The translations under genes were made by a program, and so were the position numbers. From assembly GCF_006345805.1 (NCBI RefSeq), contig NC_043010.1:29388001-29452000 (forward strand): a DNA stretch of 64,000 nt, in the 5' to 3' direction. The notes under the pieces are model-generated. The model saw nothing but the letters and a program-made list of their open reading frames with translations. It was not told where the DNA came from and made no database searches. The stretch comes from Octopus sinensis. Taxonomy: Eukaryota. Shown one piece after another: positions 40,840-54,632 of this stretch. The first letter of the stretch is position 1. Each line of letters starts with the position of its first letter.

Positions 40840-40947
40840 GCATATACAAATAGACACGCATACGCACACGCATGATCAAGCAATTAGAAAATAGTGGGGG
40901 AGACAGATGAATGGATTGATAGATTATATACGTGTATTTGAACACGT

Positions 40948-41028
<81 letters not shown>

Positions 41029-41199
41029 CGCATATATATATATATATATATATATCTATATATATATATATATATATAGATATATACATACGCATTCACA
41101 TACAAACACACACATATATACATATACATACATACATGTATACATACATACATACATACATAATACACACACACACACATACATACATACATACATACA

Positions 41200-41230
<31 letters not shown>

Positions 41231-41455
41231 TTATGTGTGAGTGTTATTACATCACGGCTATGGTGGGACAGTACCATGATGGGTCTCGTTGATCACATCA
41301 ATGCTACTACTTATTTAAAGACAAGCACTTATTCTATCGGTTTCTTTTGGACGAACAACTAAGTTACGGTTATGTAAACAAACAAAAGCACATACGCACA
41401 CACGCGACATCTATCAGTATATTTTTTCTCCTGTTCTTCTCTCTCCCCCACTTCA

Positions 41456-41542
<87 letters not shown>

Positions 41543-41575
41543 TGTGTGTGTGTGCGTGTGCGTGTGTGTCTCTTG

Positions 41576-41748
41576 GAGAAATTTCGAACCTGGGAATGAG
41601 AACCCAGGTTCGAAATTTCCCCAAGACACCTGATGAAGGCTAGAGGGTATATCAGCCGAAACGTCGTGTTAACAACAAACAAAATGAGGACAAATATCCG
41701 TCAATTGTAAATTATGTACATATTTCCTCGTCTCTTAAATATAGAACT
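41576..41748 (+). mobile_element. Solo PLE pLTR with HHR (family E, 41625-41670) and a short 5' inversion hairpin
   Basis: gacac-CTGATGA-a-ggct...agcc-GAAA-cg-TC-gtgtt; hairpin aaatttcgaacctggg/cccaggttcgaaattt; homologous to 43090-43250 (minus). Confidence 0.8.
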
Positions 41749-42084
41749 GTATCCTGCATTTAACTCCATTGAATAATCTGAGTGGAACATCCACTCTTCA
41801 TGAAAACAGAGGTATATATACATGCTTAAAAATACCTACCTACCTACCTACCTACCTACCTACCTACCTACCTACCTACCTACCTACCTACCTACCTACC
41901 TACCTCCCTACCTACCTACCTACCTACCTACCTACCTACCTACCTACCAACCTACCTACATACATACATACCTACCTACCTACCTACATACATACATACA
42001 TACATACATACATACATACATACATACATACATACGTGCGTACATACAAAGCTCCGAGATGATGGTAACATCGATTATCAAAGC

Positions 42085-43015
42085 AGCTTATCATGGACCG
42101 ATAGCCGGATTACTACCTCACACTTTGAAGGGTATGCGTTTGCAATCCAGGAACAGGAAATATCAACCAAGCACCTGATGCACAAAAGAGACAGAGATGC
42201 AAGGGAAAGCAGTAAAATGTGACAACCGATGCAGACTTTGTGGAGTTCACACTAACGATATAACCAACTTCATAAGCAGTTGTCCATAAATGTCAGCATG
42301 GCGTTATCTACCGATGAGACATAATGTTGTAGCTAGGACACTCTACAATGAAATCCGTCGGAAATATTACCCCGAAGATAAAGAAATAAGAATCCAAACT
42401 ATGGTAGAAGCCATAGCCACTCATAATAAAAAGGAATCCTGATGGAATGTCCCAGTGAAAACTTCAATAAAATGTAAGCACAACAGACATGATATAATGA
42501 TTTGGGATAGAGAAGAGAAACTGCACAGTTGTGGAAATTAGCTGCCCAGCGGATCTTAACATAAAGTGAAGATCAATGAAAAAGAGAAGCCCTACGCTGA
42601 GCTATTGAGAAATCTGCAGTTACTCTATCCAGATTACAAGTTCAAGTTTATACCTGTAATTATTAGGGCCCTGGGATATGTAACACACTGCCTTAGGTTT
42701 CTCAAAACAAGAAAGGATAAATCTAATTCGAAGACTACAGATCCAATCCATCAATGGAACTGCAAAAATCTGTAAAACTTTCCAGAAATTTATCATTTAA
42801 ATATATACGAGCATATGTAGATATGTAACTATATGCATGAGAATACATATATAAAGCAAAGCATACAAATCTGCACATATGCATAAATATGCATACAAAC
42901 AAAAATACCCTGTTGAAATTCTAATGAAGGAGCCTTGAATCTAGGTTAGAAACCGACTCTTTCTCTATTAGCAAGTAATCTTGAAATAAAAGTGAAACAT
43001 GACATACATATATAC
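42085..43015 (+). mobile_element. Second, more 3'-complete fragment of the RLE-type LINE family seen at 18848
   Basis: High DNA similarity to 19205-19616; continues 'VEISCP', 'YAELLRNLQLLYPDYKFKFIPVIIRALG'. Confidence 0.85.
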
Positions 43016-43089
43016 TGCATGAAGACATCAACATCAGACGACCGAGTGTAGATGACCGTATAAACATGCCTTTACGAACATGTTTACAA

Positions 43090-43562
43090 TTTCTATATTT
43101 AAGTGATGAGGAATAATGTACATTATTTATATTTGACGGATATTTGTCCTCATCTTGTTTTTTGTTAACATAACGTTTCAGCTAATATACGCTCCAGCCT
43201 TCATTAGGTGTCATGGGGAAATTTCGAACCTGGGTTCTCATTCCTTAGGGTTTTTTTTAATGTTATTATTAACCACTACGCCATATGTCCGTTGGCAATT
43301 TATGAGTGAATTTTAGGCCTTATAAATCTAATATTCTCCTATCCTTCCTTAATACTGGTTCCCATATGCTGTTCATATCTGCACTCGGTCTGCTTAGGAG
43401 GTTGTTGTGTCCTAGCATATGTGCTGCTTCTTTTAGTTTTCGTATTTTCCAGTGGTGTTCTCTGTCGATTATTTTAACTTCATCCCACAGGGAGAGGTGG
43501 TCTCCATTTTTCCATACATGAACAGCTATATCCGATTTATCAATATCTCCCCGTTTCACAGC
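43090..43562 (-). mobile_element. 3' fragment of a Penelope element: GIY-YIG C-terminus plus pLTR with mutated HHR (43167-43212)
   Basis: 'DKSDIAVHVWKNGDH..WDEVKIIDREHHWKIRKLKEA'; downstream gacac-CTAATGA-aggct...agct-GAAA-cgtta. Confidence 0.85.
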
Positions 43563-45182
43563 TTTTGGAAATGTTTATCATATATGATGCAGGGAAGCCA
43601 GAGAAACATATCCTCTTTAACAGAGAAAGTGTTAAAACAATAACAAAAAACTTTGAAAAGCAAAGACAAGAATAAAGACGATGAAAGTATAAACGGTAAG
43701 CGAATTTTATTTAAAGTTGTTAAAAAATACACGAGTTTGCATCTCGTAAAAAAGTGTCGTAAATAGTGTCTTGTGCAAAATACTGAAGTCACTCTGTAAC
43801 ATAAAATGGAAGTGGTAAGTATAAGATGTAAGGTTTGGGCTCGTTGTTTTTATGATGTGATGTAGTCGTTGCTCATTAGCAATAGGATTTTTCTGGAGAT
43901 GCTTAAGACTATGTTTTAATTTCAAATTCTGCCATAGTCGATTTATGCCTGTTATCCTCCCGAGATTTATAAAATAAAGTATAACGCTGTCGATAAAGTC
44001 ATGGTTCTGTGTCAATGTTAAGATTGTATCTTTAGCTTTCACTGTGAAGATATGGTTGATGTTGAATTTGTTTAATCGAAATTAATCCCATTCTTCTCAA
44101 ACAGAAAATATAAGATTATGATATCCAAATACTGGGTTGAGAGAATTGGAAATCTGAAGATTTGAAGTCCTGCTAAAGTCACCCAATGATTAGATGGTGA
44201 AGTTAAATGGGGATATGTTTTAAGATATTAATACAGTACCCACCAAAACATTAATAAATGTAGGTTACATATATACCCACAATATTTTTAGAGGAATGAA
44301 AACTTAAAAAAAATATGTGACCTTCATCTCTTTCAGGCGGATGTTGGCAACATATGCAATGGATGTAAATAAAAAAATTGCGAATGAAATATATTCTTTG
44401 TAAGAAAACGATTTGGATTTTACGTTTTATTGAACACAAAGTCAGAATATTACTGGTATATATATTGTACATGTTCTCAATTCTCAAAGAGAAAGGAGGT
44501 AAAGTTGATTCCAGTAACATTTAAAGTGTAGACACCGTATATGTCATAGATCACTTTCTCATTCCGAATAACGGGTTGTTTAAGACGAAATTCTGACTAA
44601 AATAATTCATAAGAAGAGTTTTATTCTTTTGGAATATTTACTGCTTGAGACCCCTTCTCCAGGTTACTGCTACAGGGTTTAAAATACAGCAAAAGAAATG
44701 ACCTACCAAATAGGTAATGTACGGTAACAGTTTTATAATGAAAGCCAACGAGTATTCAGTGTAACATGTCATAGTCATTAGCCTTAGATGAATATATCAA
44801 TATTCTAAAGATAGAAATAATAAAGTTGTTAAGATATTGAACTACATGCTGAGAGATCGTTGTCATTAAGACTTCTATTATCTCTGTCCTTATACATGTA
44901 GGGACATCTGTATATGTACGAAATCAATCTCTAATACCTGCCAGTTGGTGAATGTCGTAGTCTTTAACCGGGTTCTAGATTGTAGTTTACTTACGTTGCC
45001 AATGTCACAATTCTTGTCAGTCTCCCCATTCCTATCCCATTTGGTATAGATAGTCTAACAGAAGTTGTTATCTTTTGATATTTGACTATGTTATGTCTGA
45101 AATATGTTAGAAATAAATATTTTATGAGTCATATCTCTTAAGATCTATAGAATCTAATTTTATTTGCTGTTTCAGGTTGGTG

Positions 45183-45487
45183 TTAAAATTCTCTTACAAT
45201 TACAATAAGGTCTTGCAGCACTATTAAAACAAACGGAGCGAACACAACAATTAGTATGACACCACTAACATATAACGAAGATTGACGATCATCTGGCATG
45301 CTCACTTTGGAGCGGATGTACTTAGAAGTTTTTTTCCGTGGTAGGGCTAACTCCGAAACAATCTGACGTAGTTTTATAGTGAGTTCCTGCTGGGTCAAGT
45401 TCTTCTGTGTTTTAGGGCAAGGACAAAAACAGGGTATATCAATAGATATGTTCGATGGTGTGCTTTCCGAAGTCAGTTCGGTTGTTG
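45183..45487 (-). CDS. Terminal exon of a mucin-like single-pass membrane protein
   Basis: Acceptor ttccattttag, phase 1; 'CFCPC...ELALPRKKTSKYIRSKVSMPDDRQSS' followed by a hydrophobic TM segment and TAA; matches from recall a mollusc-expanded C-terminal motif. Confidence 0.82.
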
Positions 45488-45917
45488 CTAAAATGGAAAC
45501 AATAGAATTAGTTATCTGCAGATTATGGATATAAGGATGTCTGCTACTTAAGGGTGCTAGGTTAGCGGTTTAATGATTAGTGGTAAGATTTCGGTTACAA
45601 GCTTGCATTGTTTTAATAAAGATAATTAACTCTCAAATAGCTCAATCTACTTAGATATGAAGTAGGTCCATAGGAAAGCACCGTTCGGCGGTGCAAGCGT
45701 TACAGCACTCGTTGAACTTAGATTTGCCGTACTGCGATCAACTTGACCCCTTAAGAAAATGAAATAACTATCTAAGACACAGGAGTCATGTTATCTAAGG
45801 TAGATCATACTCATTATATTTTAAATCATCTTCAGTGTCAACCGGCTGTCTTTGTTCTGATTTGACCCAGAGTGTAAAAAAATGTATTCTTACGTAAAGA
45901 ACCAAGTATATACTTAC

Positions 45918-46316
45918 TTATAGAATTTAATGGAGTAAAAGTATTCTCAGGAGTGGTGGGTAATGTTGATACTGTGATGTCACTTTCTGATGAAACGTCT
46001 TGCACTGTAATATCTGTTGTGCTAAGAGTAATACTTTCACTGGTTGATTGTACTGTCGGCGTTGTGGAAACATCAGGATCGAGAGAGCTACTTCCAGTAG
46101 TTGCTTGTACCGTTCTACAGTCACTGCCATTCATCGTTTCACAGTCGCTGCCATTGACCGTTACTACCATTTCTGTAGTATTGTCGATAGTATAGCTGCT
46201 CTCTTCCATAACAGCTGTCGTAATATCATTCATATTTTCCGTGTATCCATAAGGGAAAGTGATATTTAAAATACTTTGGAAGGCAGCTTCGGTGGTTGAA
46301 GGTAATGCAATTGTAG
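45918..46316 (-). CDS. Ser/Thr-rich (mucin-like stalk) exon, phase 1/1; start at 46286 or 46316
   Basis: Open S/T-rich frame with N-x-S/T sites; donor A|gtaagt at 45917; in frame with the terminal exon. Confidence 0.78.
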
Positions 46317-46906
46317 TTAAAAAAAAACGAAAAAAAAAAACTACATTTTAAAAAACAAATTAAAAAATTAAACATTGCAAACACAATAATATGAAGAATA
46401 GTTTTATAGAATCAGCCTTTATAAATACAGTATAGTGAACCTTAATAGCTTTTATGGTTCGTTCGAGGAGCTCAGTTGAAAGATGGCAATGATGTGTAAC
46501 TTACCAAGTTCATCAGGTAAGGAAAGATAATCGAGTTGATAAGTCATTTGACTTGAATTTATAGTTCTTAAATTCAAATTCACTTCAAGAATAGGTTGCT
46601 GCTCTTGGGAAAATATCAGCAATCATACGCTTGACACTTAATTGAATGAATAACGTCATGACCTTGATTTTTACTTGTTATTTTTATATCACAAAAGACT
46701 ATCGAATAGTTTCTACCTACAAAATGTGCTCACAAGACAGTTAATCTGTGGCTGTAGTAGAAGGCACTTGCCCAAGGTATTAAATCCAGAACCACGTGGT
46801 TGTAAAGTGAAATTCTAAACCATACATCTATATCTGCGTTGGGCTTGTGTACCATCCCCAAAAGAAAAGTGTTTCTCATTGATCTGGAGGCTGCAGAACC
46901 GCAGTG

Positions 46907-47013
<107 letters not shown>

Positions 47014-48125
47014 GATATATAAAAGTCTACACTACTGTCATCATAAGAAATGTATATCACTGTGTTGTGATAGCTAAGTCTCAGTGTTATATCTGATTGA
47101 TTTAAAAATATGTTCAGGTTAATGGTTGCTATTGTAGCTGATTTTTAGCTCTAGGTGGTTCTTGATTAAATAGACCTATGATCATAAGATTTTCAGTAGC
47201 TATAACCTGTCGTTTTGTGTACCGAGAACTCGTTACCAATTATAGTTTAAGATTGTCGGATATGATTTGAGGATGAGTTGGTAGCCCTTTCAAGCAGTAC
47301 AGACCATCGCATCTCTGGATTGTAATACAAATGATGAAATAAGGTAGTGGATTGGAAGAGTTATCTAGCTACCTCCTGAGGCACGGAATGTCACGAAAGT
47401 CAACATTATTGTTCATTTCTCTCGGATCGATAATATAAAGTACCAGGCAAGTACTGGCCTCGATTTAATCGATTAGTCCTTTCCAAAATATACGACCTTG
47501 TGTACCAATATGAGAAATCATGAGTAATGCTAAAACACAGAAGGAAAGTCGGGCTAACAGAGCTAAGATGACATGTGAGCAGATGAACCGCTAATCCGCA
47601 TTTTGATTCCATGTCGTAGCCATTTTATTTGAGAGCATTGTTAATGACTTGGATAAACAATGGAGGGGGATCACCGTCTTTTGCCGAAGAGGATTCAGTT
47701 ATTCGATCAATTAAATTACTATGTAAGTCACCAAACATTCCACAGGCATGTGTACTCTTAATGTAAGCCTTAGGCAGAATCAGCGTCACACACTGTGACA
47801 AGGTCGTACCTTTGATATTACAGGCAAAACTCAGTTTCTGTCTGCCTGGACTCACTCATAAGGAACGGGTCGACACGAGGTTATAGAAAATAACATTCAC
47901 CCAAGATACTATGCAATGATTAAACCTGGGCCTTCTAGCTGCGAAGCGAACTTCTTAAACCATTCAAACATATTGTACTCATTTTAGATAAACATATAAG
48001 CTTCATACTCTTATTTCACTGTCAAATATATGCCTGGTTATTGCTTCCTATGTATGTAATAAACCCGGTTTAGAATCTATAATAACAACTATCGCTCGCA
48101 CAGTACTTAGAAGAATCATACTTAC

Positions 48126-48219
48126 GAAACACCTCCCATTCACAAATTTGTTTGTCAGAAAGTAATTCTGAATAGTATTGTATTCTGGTGTTATTTGGTA
48201 AGAGCAAAGCAAGCGAAAC
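48126..48219 (-). CDS. Internal exon (94 nt, phase 0 to 1) of the same gene
   Basis: Acceptor tttgtcattttag, donor gtaagt; 'VSLALLLPNNTRIQYYSELLSDKQICEWEVF'; phases fit both neighbours. Confidence 0.65.
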
Positions 48220-48332
48220 CTAAAATGACAAACAGTGTGTTGATGAGGTACAAATAACCATAATTGGAATTAGATTAGAAATTAACAGTGCGGAAAGCCA
48301 CTTGTGTGCGTGCGTGCGTGCTTGTGTGTGTG

Positions 48333-48397
<65 letters not shown>

Positions 48398-48649
48398 TGT
48401 CTGTCTGTGTCTGTGTCTGTGTGCGTGCGTGCGTTTATGTGTGTGTGCACGCAAGTGTATTGTGTGCACACATGCGCAGACATGCACAATTAAATATACA
48501 TACATAATACATACATATACATATTTACACATCGACATATATATGTTCAGATATACATAAGCAAGCGTGCATGTATATGCATACACAAATATATATACAC
48601 AGGTTCATACACACAGAGCAACTTTTACAAGGAAAGAGCTGACATGGCT

Positions 48650-49200
48650 TCGAACTTCCGGCTTGCTCGTCATCAAATAGTACTTTATTTGTGTTGGTGG
48701 GGGTCCTATGTGAAGGATAATTAGGTGTGCTGTAGGTAAACTAGGGGCGTAGTTGCATAGGAGGCTGGAAAAAGGGAAAGTTAGGAGGAAAGTATGAGTT
48801 TGTTAAGTGTGGGTTGATAGAAAAAGTTATGGTAAAGAGATTCAGTTTGGTTTGATGTAGTAATTTTACTATTTTTAGTGCTCAGTCAGGTGTGAAAGTA
48901 AATGAGAAAGCAGATGTGATAAATTCAGTTTACGAATTTTTTGCATAGAAACCTGCTTTTGTAATGTTTTAGATTCGCAAAAGAAAGTTTGTAGATAAAT
49001 CAGTTGATCACATAGCACTGGCCAGACTGAGGTCCAATTGGAGTTGGTCTTATTAGGTTTCCATTAAGAAACTTTAAACTAGGTATTTTGGGAAGGTTAG
49101 GTTTGGTGGGAGTCAAAGTTACTATAAATATATATTAGGGTTTTCTGATCTGTTTCTAGCGTGGTTGTTTATAGGTCCGGTCTGCTATGCTCTAGCACTT
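48650..49200 (-). pseudogene. Possible highly degenerate Penelope RT-thumb/linker fragment
   Basis: Weak peptide echoes ('RTYKQP', 'ITKAGF', 'YFPPN', 'TYSTPN') in the same order as in 51580-52180. Confidence 0.35.
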
Positions 49201-49865
49201 GATCTGTTTGGATTGGGAAATCCCAGAGTATTTTGCTAGTCTCCAACTCTGCCACTCTCTGCGGTTTGTGCTCATACCACGGCTTGCCTCTCTCTAGCCC
49301 CCACTTTTCGCACAGTTCCCAATGTAGCACTTTCGCTACCCGATCGTGTCACCACAACTTGTTGTGGCTTTGGGCAAGTCTAGGGCATTCGTTCGGGATA
49401 TGGGCAATGGGTTCATCCACTCTATGGTTATGATCTATGTACACCAGGCACATAGATCATAACCATATGCGCACGATGGGACCTCATATCAAGATAAACA
49501 GTGCATGACTTTGCAAATTGATTCTTTATATTGAGCTCTTGAAGGTTACTTTCCGTTGAATGGTTTCTTCATCTTAGATTTCTTTCGCCTTTATACGGAA
49601 TATTGTCATCACATGTATGCGGGTACTCAATGTCAGACCCCAAGGTGATCGGAAGTTTTAAAAAAAAAGGAACGGTATTTTGTAGTATCTACGACTTAGT
49701 GGCACTTAACTGAAAAAGGGTGTCAAAAGAGATTATTATTTGTTTGTTGTATTTTTTCAGCATGGCGAGTTTCGCTGAGACAAGACGAACTAATGGCAAG
49801 ACTAAATATAAAACCAAAGAGTAATCGTAACAATTCAACGTTTCATGAAAAAGAAATGAACCTAC

Positions 49866-50059
49866 CTTTGTAGATTTACAGTTGACGGGAGGAAATGTTG
49901 TAAGGTGAGATGCTTGAAGTAAATATTCTTTTTCATAACAAAATATCCCATCGCTCTTTACAGCGTTATAGTTTTTCATTGGTACGCTCGACAAAACAGT
50001 ATTGTTATAGATCAGGTTGACATGATCAAAAGTATGTCCTTTAAGTGAGTATAACCAAA
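49866..50059 (-). CDS. Internal exon (194 nt, phase 1 to 0) of the same gene; Cys-containing extracellular domain
   Basis: Acceptor ctattgcag, donor AAG|gtaggt; open frame 'WLYSLKGHTFDHVNLIYNNT...DGIFCYEKEY...PPVNCKSTK'. Confidence 0.6.
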
Positions 50060-50324
50060 CTGCAATAGAGTGAACTAATATCAGTTTTTGATGCAGACAA
50101 CGTTAACAAAATGTCATTAATTTTAAATGCATAGTTTTACTGAGACATCATATGTTATTGAGTTGACAGATGAATTCGTTGGATTTTCCATATATTTAAA
50201 TCCTTTTCAATGTTATTTCAATTAACACAAAATATTTTATCGTAGTATTTTATAGGGAATGTTTTTGTCGCTCTATTCTTCCTACACAACCTATATTTAT
50301 TGATTTTGAAATTTGAATAAGATT

Positions 50325-50471
50325 ATTCTTTGTAAGCCTAGTACTTATTCTATCGGTCTCTCTTGCCAAACCGCTAATTGACGGGGACATAAAAACACCA
50401 GCATCAGTTGTCAAGCGATATTGGGGGGACAAGCACAGACACACAAACATATACATACAACCATATATATA

Positions 50472-50559
<88 letters not shown>

Positions 50560-50712
50560 GACGGGCTTTCAGTTTCCGTCTACCAAATCCACTCACAAGG
50601 CTTTGGTCGGCCCGAGGCTATAGTAGAAGACACTTCCCCAAGGTGCCACGCAGTGGGACTAAACCCGGAACCATGTGGTTGGTAAGCAAGCTACTTACCA
50701 CACAGCCACTCC
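50325..50712 (-). mobile_element. Bipartite microsatellite-containing SINE
   Basis: Reverse complement of the 26970-27385 family. Confidence 0.8.
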
Positions 50713-50718
50713 TGGGCC

Positions 50719-50808
<90 letters not shown>

Positions 50809-50848
50809 TATATAATGATCAAAATAAAAACATGATGCCAAGGATTCA

Positions 50849-50926
50849 GCGGTACATATGTTTCGGGCCTTTATTAGACAGATTTATAACAATGCATAAT
50901 GTATGTCTGTGGCCTTCTTCAGCCGC
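50849..50926 (-). ncRNA. Type I hammerhead ribozyme, family F
   Basis: gcgg-CTGAAGA-aggcc-acagac...gtct...aggccc-GAAA-catatg-TA-ccgc; palindromic stem III ACATATGT. Confidence 0.8.
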
Positions 50927-51254
50927 GCACAACAGCTTCCACAAGGACATGTGTTACATCAAAAATTCTTGGTTGGGGATGCAAATCCTCTCATTCGCGT
51001 ACGACATAATGCGGCAACAGCATAGAATTGAAGCGTCCATCTCTTTCTTCTCTCAATGTAGAATGAGGAAATTTGGATGTTGAAGTAATGTAAATAAATT
51101 AATAAATAAATACATATATAGACGTGAAGGAACCTGGTAATAAGAGTAAATAGGGGTAAAGATGGAGGGGCGAGAATTCAGGACGAAGGATAAAAAATAT
51201 AAAAAGTGTAAGTATAGAAAAATATAAAAATGTAGATATAAAACTATAATAGAA

Positions 51255-52848
51255 TTCGACGGTAGACTTTGGACCAGATCCGATACCCCCGAAAATTTTG
51301 ATGTGGCTATGGGCTCGAGCGATTCAGCTCAGGTGACTGACTTGGTCGGGGCCTACATGCTCAAGAAGCTTTTCTCCGAGGTACCGGATCTTCAGGGGGG
51401 TCTATACAGAGATGACGCTCTCTTCATATACCCCACCAACAATAGGAGTAAACTAGAAAGAATTAGGAAAAAGATCAGGCTTTTTTTCAAATCCTTCAAT
51501 CTTAAACTAGAATTTATGACCAATACTAAAATAGTAAACTTCTTAGATGTTACGTTAGACTTGAATAAGCACCTTCACCACCCGTATAGGAAACCCGAAG
51601 AAACTACCAAATACATCCACACCTCTTCCAACCATCCACCCTGTATAATTAGCACCACGGTCCAAGCCATCTCAGACAGACTTACAAAACTATCCTCTAA
51701 TAGAGAAATTTTCAATAATCACGCACAACACTACAACCAGGCTCTCTATAGTGCTGGGTATAACCAGAGAATATCATATGTAGACCACCCAGGAACGTCC
51801 GTCGGCCGTAAAACTCCCAATTATAATCGAACTCCGCACTCAACTCATGCTAACGATAATTCTAATTTAAATTCTAAACAACGTATAGGAAATAGGCGAA
51901 ATAATAGAATAGCACACAATAGTAACCCTCCCGACGAGAGCAATATAGATCCTATTAGGAGAAATAGAAGGGATAATAGTAGATTACGCAAATATATATA
52001 GTTCAACATACCATACAACTTAGCAGTTAGGGGTAAATTATGTAAGAGAATATTCTCTATCATTTCCAACAACTTCCCACCCACCCATAAGTATAGAAGT
52101 ATCTTCTCCAACAAAACTATTAGGATTTCCTACTCTACCCTGCCCAACATGAGCTGCCTCATAGCTAAACATAACTATATTAATATTAGAACAGCTAGAT
52201 CAAGAGCAAGCTATAGCGACCAACAGAACCCCCCCTCATCCAGATAGTAGACAATATAATCAGACTGGCAGCCATATTACCCAAACAGTTAGTAATAACA
52301 CCCGCCAACACAACAGAGGCAATACCACACCCATCAACAACCAGGAGGATATCAACGCCCCCACACATAATGCAACACCTCCGCCTGGGATTAACAGCAC
52401 ACGACCGAGTAATGCAATGCACTGCAACTGCATATGTGCATCCGAGTGTCCGCTACAGGGCGCATGTAGGGCGAAAAACGTAATATATTCATGTGAGGTG
52501 AGTACCCAGTTTAACACACTCACCTACATAGGTTGCTCAACCTCCTGGAAATCCAGATACTACAACCACCGGTCCTCGCTGAAACACAGACATAAGGCTA
52601 ACAGCACCTCCCTTTCTAAAAAAATTTGGGAATTAAAAGACAAATGCATAGGCTTCAAACTCAGGTGGTCCATCATCGGATCAGCTGCACCTTATTTAAA
52701 TAATAGAGCAGGATGCCAACTATGTTGTGTAGAACTCCTGAACATCTTGAAATTCAAAGACAAACACAAACTTATTAACAAAAGGTCAGAGTTCAAACCA
52801 TCCTGTATACACAAACTTATTAATACTTTCAAATACTACAAAGCTTAG
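51255..52848 (+). pseudogene. Penelope RT (C-terminal half) plus GIY-YIG endonuclease, frameshifted
   Basis: 'FDVAMGSSDSAQVTDLVG', 'GGLYRDD', 'VNFLDVTLDL', 'YIHTSSNHPP'; 'CNC...CPLQGAC..NVIY...YIG...RYYNH...CQLC..E...LINKRSE'. Confidence 0.93.
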
Positions 52849-52991
52849 GTTATTATACCAACTCCCCCATGCAATCTCCTCCCACCCGGTGCAACCTGTC
52901 GGCTCCAGCGCATCCCGCTTTCCTATATGTGCGTGTATATGTGTATATGTGTGTGTATATATATGTGTATACATGTATGTGTATGTATATG

Positions 52992-53040
<49 letters not shown>

Positions 53041-54632
53041 ATATATATTTCCCTGCATTTTCCTCCTATATATACACATTTTGTCTCCCATATATGTTTT
53101 TTTTCCCTACATATTTCTTCTCCTACACCTATATCCTTCCTATCTAGTCTCTTTATTTCCCTATATCTATACCTTTTCACATTTCTAACTCGGATGTTGA
53201 ACGCACACCGCCAAACTCCACTTCCCACCCTTCCAATTTTCAGTTCCCCCCGCCCGCCCCTACGTGGGAACCTTTAGCACACACCTTTAACTTTCAACCA
53301 CCTTCATCTCATATTAAACTTTACCAGATTATATTTTTATTTTACTTTATCCTATTCTATTTCGCTTTACCTTTATTCTTATTTTTATTTGCATCCCTTA
53401 TTTTAATTCCTATAGCTCTTATAATTTTTACATTTCATTTCTAACTTTTATATTGTATTTCTTATTTTTATTTCTAATTTTTATTCTTACCCTCATTCTT
53501 ACCTCTAACTTATCGCTTTATATATCTATATATATGTCTATTTTTTTTGCTTATCCCTTATTTACTTATCTATGGATCCGCTTTATGATTATACGTGCGT
53601 CCGTGTACGTATGTATACGTATACATATGTGTACATATGTACGAGTAAACATCTACGTCTGGATGTGCATACCCCGTTACTCATCTCTAATAATTTTCTT
53701 TAATAATTTTAAAAAATTTCTTACGTATTTCTTTACATTTTTTTACATGTTTTCGCAGATTTCTTATATGCATACGTTTACACCTATTTGCATACATCTT
53801 TTAATATCTTATAGCTATACCTATACGTGCGTATGTCTCTGTGTGTGTATGTAAGTGTATATGTGCACGCACATATGGACACACAGCCGTGTGTGCGTGC
53901 ACGTGTAGACGTGAGTGCGTTCTTTTTTTTTACATGCGTTCTTATATACATCCTTTAATATCTTATATCTAAACCTGGACGTGTGGGCATCTGTGTATGT
54001 GTATGTAAGGATGGACGTACGTATGTATATATGGGTGTCTACACGTATAATGTCCGTGTATATATGCGCATATTCTGTTGTATGTATGTATATATGCGCA
54101 TGTGTGTGGGTGTATATGCGTTTATGTACATGTTTACACGTGAGTGCGTATGTATGCTTATATGCTTAGAGCTGTGTATGCGCGCGTATATGTGCGCGTG
54201 TATATGGGTGTATGTATCCATGCTGGTATGTATGTACAAGATGACCACTTAATTCAAAGAACTAGATTAACCGCTCAACAGCTCTGATTTACAATACACT
54301 AGGTCCCCAGACGCCCATGTTGATTTATTGACACCCAAAGCTTCTACAACTAAACTTTGTCAATTTCCTGACCACCATGTTTGGTCCGTAACCTCTATAC
54401 ATCCCTTATCTTTATATATTTTTTTACATTTTTTTTACATTTTTATCATTTTTATTCCTATTTTTATTTTTTTACTTTTATTTCTATTTCTATTTTTACT
54501 TTATAACTTTATGCCTTTATATTCATTTATATTTTTTTATATTCTTTATATCCCCTTTATATCTCCTTATATCTCTTTATATCTACATTTTTATATTTTT
54601 CTATACTTACACTTTTTATATTTTTTATCCTT

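Larger units (their letters stand above)
50815..54632 (+). mobile_element. 5'-truncated Penelope-like element with an inverted 5' pLTR
   Basis: RT and GIY-YIG ORFs at 51255-52848; 51187-51243 is the reverse complement of 54576-54632; HHR in the inverted segment. Confidence 0.9.

Noticed and set aside
44938-45054. Possible 60- or 117-nt exon just downstream of the mucin-gene stop
   Set aside because: Splice-like sites and an open frame exist, but I could not link it in phase to neighbouring exons; it may be 3' UTR
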